Shown: piece after piece, positions 61,447-64,000 of the stretch
How the letters are laid out: each line of letters starts with the position of its first letter
Numbering within the stretch: position 1 is the first letter of the stretch
Source: Meyerozyma guilliermondii
Lineage: Eukaryota
Assembly (NCBI GenBank): GCA_051546255.1
Contig: CP128817.1
Span: forward strand, 1,426,001 to 1,490,000
Reading direction: 5' to 3'
Length of the DNA: 64,000 nucleotides
Translations under genes and position numbers: made by a program
Notes under the pieces: generated by a model
The model's input: only the letters and a program-made list of their open reading frames with translations
Told to the model about the DNA's origin: nothing
Databases searched by the model: none

Positions 61447-63387
61447 ATGGAAGTCTCTACTCCAGGAAGGAGTGTCACCGAACCATCCACCCCCATTCGT
61501 GATCTGTCCCCAGCACGTCTTTCGTCTGGTAGCCATACCGATCCCAATCGTCGTTCTCAAGGCGTACGAGTTCCCCTTCCTCCCCATGATATTCCACGTC
61601 TATCGTTCTCCTTGGCACAAGAGGAAGCTCGCCGAGCGGAGAGAAGATCCAGACGAAGTGGAAGACATCAGGTTAATGCTAATGAGCCGACATCTCGCTC
61701 TCGGTCTCGGTCGCGAAGAAACAGTCTCACACTCGATCCTCGTCTGAGCGGAGATTTTGCACAACGAGTCAAGAGAAGACGACGGTCATCGTTGGTGGAG
61801 GTGGACCGCAGCACTAAACGCATTTTCAATCCAGGATATGTAGAACCAGTTACTGTGGACTACCTCAAGTTTTTTTGCAAGGTTCTGATCGCAGAGAAAA
61901 ATAAGCTTGCAGAACACCAACAACCTATTATTGATTCACCACCGAACCGATCCCGTTCTCGTTCGTCCTTTTTGATCCACTACTCCGATCAAAATCCTGA
62001 AATAGACGAGTTCAACAACTCGCTTCCACTTCCATCTGATACCCATCCTCTATTGTCACCCGTAATTCGTTCAGACCCAGACAATGTCTACGAGCATGAT
62101 ACTCCTTATGACAACCATGACTTGAAACCTGCGCCCCCTTCTAAACCAAAATCATTTTCGTATCTTGAAAGAATTCTTGCGTCCCAGGGTCAGAAGAAAC
62201 AAGAAGCACCTGCTTACACTTTTGGTCCTCAAAGCTTCAAGACTCCTGCAAGCAAAGCACCGAAATCTCCAGTCGACCAAACATCGCCTTTTATTATCGA
62301 TGATAAAGGAATTGAAAGTACTCACGAACTGCCACTTCCAGATATGCCTGTCGAACAGGAAACTACACCGCAACCCATTTCAAATGCTCCCGTGACAGCC
62401 ACACCACCTTATCTTTCTGAAGACCCCAATGGACAAGACGAGCTTCCTGGCGAGACGGAAATCGGGAAAACAGACTTAGCAGATGGCATCGAAGAAGCTA
62501 ATTTTGAAATTCCAAACGATTTAGACACCCAACAAGAGCATGATAATCTGACAGAATCACCTCAGGTACCCTCTTTTGGTAATACTTTAGCCAAAGATAT
62601 GCTTTCACCACCCACCGCTCTGCTGGTGCACACTCCCAGTATTGATGGAACTCCAGAGCGTACGTTTCAAGACGTATTAGGATTTTCACCTAGTATAATT
62701 CAAGAGGAGTACACTTTGATGGATGCTGTGAATGTTCCCGATATTATTGAACCTGATTCAGATGATGAAAATCCACATGAACCACCTTCACGGAATCTGC
62801 CATCACCTCTGCCTGCTAGAGAATCTAGTTCTGAACGGTCTCCAACAACATTAAGTCATCGGACCCGGATTCCACATGCGTTGCTATCACTTCCAGACCA
62901 AGAAGTCTCAACTGTCTCTTCTTTCCCCATTGCAATGATAAGAAAAATGGTCAAGTCTAGTCAGACTTCTGCATTTGAAAATCAAGTAAATCTTGTCCCT
63001 GCGGCGAGAAGAAAGGTTCGCTTCCGGCCAGAGATTTACCAGGAGATAGCAGCCAAGTCGAGCGAGTTCATCCTGGCAATGATGGAAGATCTCGAGGCGT
63101 ATGCAAGTCATAGATCAGCATCGCCCAATTACCAGATTACTATCAAAGACGTCTTGCTATACTTGCACCGGATCCGATTTATCAAGAACAACAGTGATGA
63201 GATCGACACAGTAGCAAGATTGGCTCATAGTGTGCTACCCACAGAGACGTTAATATCATTAGACAACAGCATTGCTGGTGCCGTGGAAGTGTCTTCTGGG
63301 CTGAAGTCTTCAGCTGAAAGTGACGACCTTTACGTGGACGATTTTTACGGCTCGGAGTCGCTGGACGACAATATTGCCGAATTGTAG
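61447..63387 (+). CDS. CNN1: CENP-T/Cnn1 kinetochore protein
   Basis: Long disordered S/TP-rich N-terminus and a C-terminal histone fold (S.EF...MMEDLEAYA.H....QI.I.DV.LYL.R); synteny with BNA6 and the YFR045W-like carrier. Confidence 0.75.
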   Translation: MEVSTPGRSVTEPSTPIRDLSPARLSSGSHTDPNRRSQGVRVPLPPHDIPRLSFSLAQEEARRAERRSRRSGRHQVNANEPTSRSRSRSRRNSLTLDPRLSGDFAQRVKRRRRSSLVEVDRSTKRIFNPGYVEPVTVDYLKFFCKVLIAEKNKLAEHQQPIIDSPPNRSRSRSSFLIHYSDQNPEIDEFNNSLPLPSDTHPLLSPVIRSDPDNVYEHDTPYDNHDLKPAPPSKPKSFSYLERILASQGQKKQEAPAYTFGPQSFKTPASKAPKSPVDQTSPFIIDDKGIESTHELPLPDMPVEQETTPQPISNAPVTATPPYLSEDPNGQDELPGETEIGKTDLADGIEEANFEIPNDLDTQQEHDNLTESPQVPSFGNTLAKDMLSPPTALLVHTPSIDGTPERTFQDVLGFSPSIIQEEYTLMDAVNVPDIIEPDSDDENPHEPPSRNLPSPLPARESSSERSPTTLSHRTRIPHALLSLPDQEVSTVSSFPIAMIRKMVKSSQTSAFENQVNLVPAARRKVRFRPEIYQEIAAKSSEFILAMMEDLEAYASHRSASPNYQITIKDVLLYLHRIRFIKNNSDEIDTVARLAHSVLPTETLISLDNSIAGAVEVSSGLKSSAESDDLYVDDFYGSESLDDNIAEL

Positions 63388-63429
63388 CATAAATTTGTAC
63401 ATTATTCATTCACATCTATTTACATCAAC

Positions 63430-64000
63430 TCACGTAGCCAGATCCCATTCCTGTGCGAGTTGTGATTGGTTTCCCTTGACAAGCTTGAATAGTTCAAAGA
63501 TTGCAGCTGGTGTTACACCCTGAATTCTTCTTGCTTGTCCAATGGTTTTTGGTTGGATTGTGTTCAACAAATGGCACACCTCGTAGGAAATTTTAAGGTT
63601 GCCCTCATTATTGTAGACAAAGTTTTTCGGTAAAAGTAAGTTTTCGTCTGCTTTGTATGCCCTTAAATGAGCCTCTTCCTTCTTCATCCATGGCTCGTAT
63701 GTGCTCTCCACATCTATGCGATTGAGCAACCGTGGGTTGATAGAATCAAAAACTGGTGGAAGGTCTCCGACAATTTGAGGTAAAGATTTCATGAGAAGTT
63801 CAAGATCAACGTCTCGATATGAAAGAAGTTTCCACCCGTCAACCACAGCGGTACGGTTCACATCCAGCTCTGTGCCTTTCAACGCAGGAGCCCATCTCGC
63901 ACCCGAAAGAGAAACCGATTGCAAAAAACTTTTTATAGCGTCAAAATTGTTCATCTCATTCTTGTAATGTTTGTAGCGTTCTTCGCTAACCACACCTGCA
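63430..64000 (-). CDS. MTO1: Mto1/GidA mitochondrial tRNA modification enzyme, C-terminal part (truncated by window edge)
   Basis: GidA C-terminal motifs E..Y.P.....E......ADE.L.LP and P.TIGQARRIQGVTPAA..L; frame is open to the window end. Confidence 0.92.
   Translation of the reverse strand, partial: AGVVSEERYKHYKNEMNNFDAIKSFLQSVSLSGARWAPALKGTELDVNRTAVVDGWKLLSYRDVDLELLMKSLPQIVGDLPPVFDSINPRLLNRIDVESTYEPWMKKEEAHLRAYKADENLLLPKNFVYNNEGNLKISYEVCHLLNTIQPKTIGQARRIQGVTPAAIFELFKLVKGNQSQLAQEWDLAT

Noticed and set aside
1..64000. tRNA, rRNA, LTR/transposon or CRISPR features
   Set aside because: None recognised by eye; tRNAscan-SE and RepeatMasker would be needed to exclude them formally.

Overview
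Gene-dense (roughly 44% GC by eye), almost intron-free budding-yeast chromosome segment from the CTG(Ser) clade. CUG falls at conserved Ser positions in GPI8 and IRE1. Overall character fits a Meyerozyma/Debaryomycetaceae-like yeast, but the species is not proven. It holds about 35 protein genes, mostly conserved housekeeping genes in ancestral yeast synteny: BBC1, IST2, PLPBP, LHP1, POL12, IRC3, GPI8, STU1, STE12, DYN3-like, TAF1, KSP1, UBX5, an Sds3-like gene, SKP1, PEX3, LAM4/YSP2, IRE1, LRP1, RRP17, ERD1, MRPL3, ADE5,7, GSH1, AYR1-like, a sugar porter, SMI1, DOC1, BNA6, ECO1, MRX20-like, CNN1 and MTO1. Several elements are missing from, or only partly captured by, the ORF track. (1) A spliced, divergent SAE3/Swi5 gene lies between LAM4 and IRE1. 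(2) A non-coding snR67-snR53 snoRNA transcript has snR67 inside a spliceosomal intron and snR53 behind an Rnt1-type AGNN hairpin. (3) A decayed DHDPS-family aldolase pseudogene sits head-to-head with a sugar porter in a Mig1/G-rich accessory island. (4) There is a candidate structured RNA between GPI8 and STU1. (5) There is a candidate microprotein and several informative promoter motif clusters. No tRNA, rRNA, transposon or CRISPR was seen. Gene calls come from recognised motifs and remembered synteny, not database searches.
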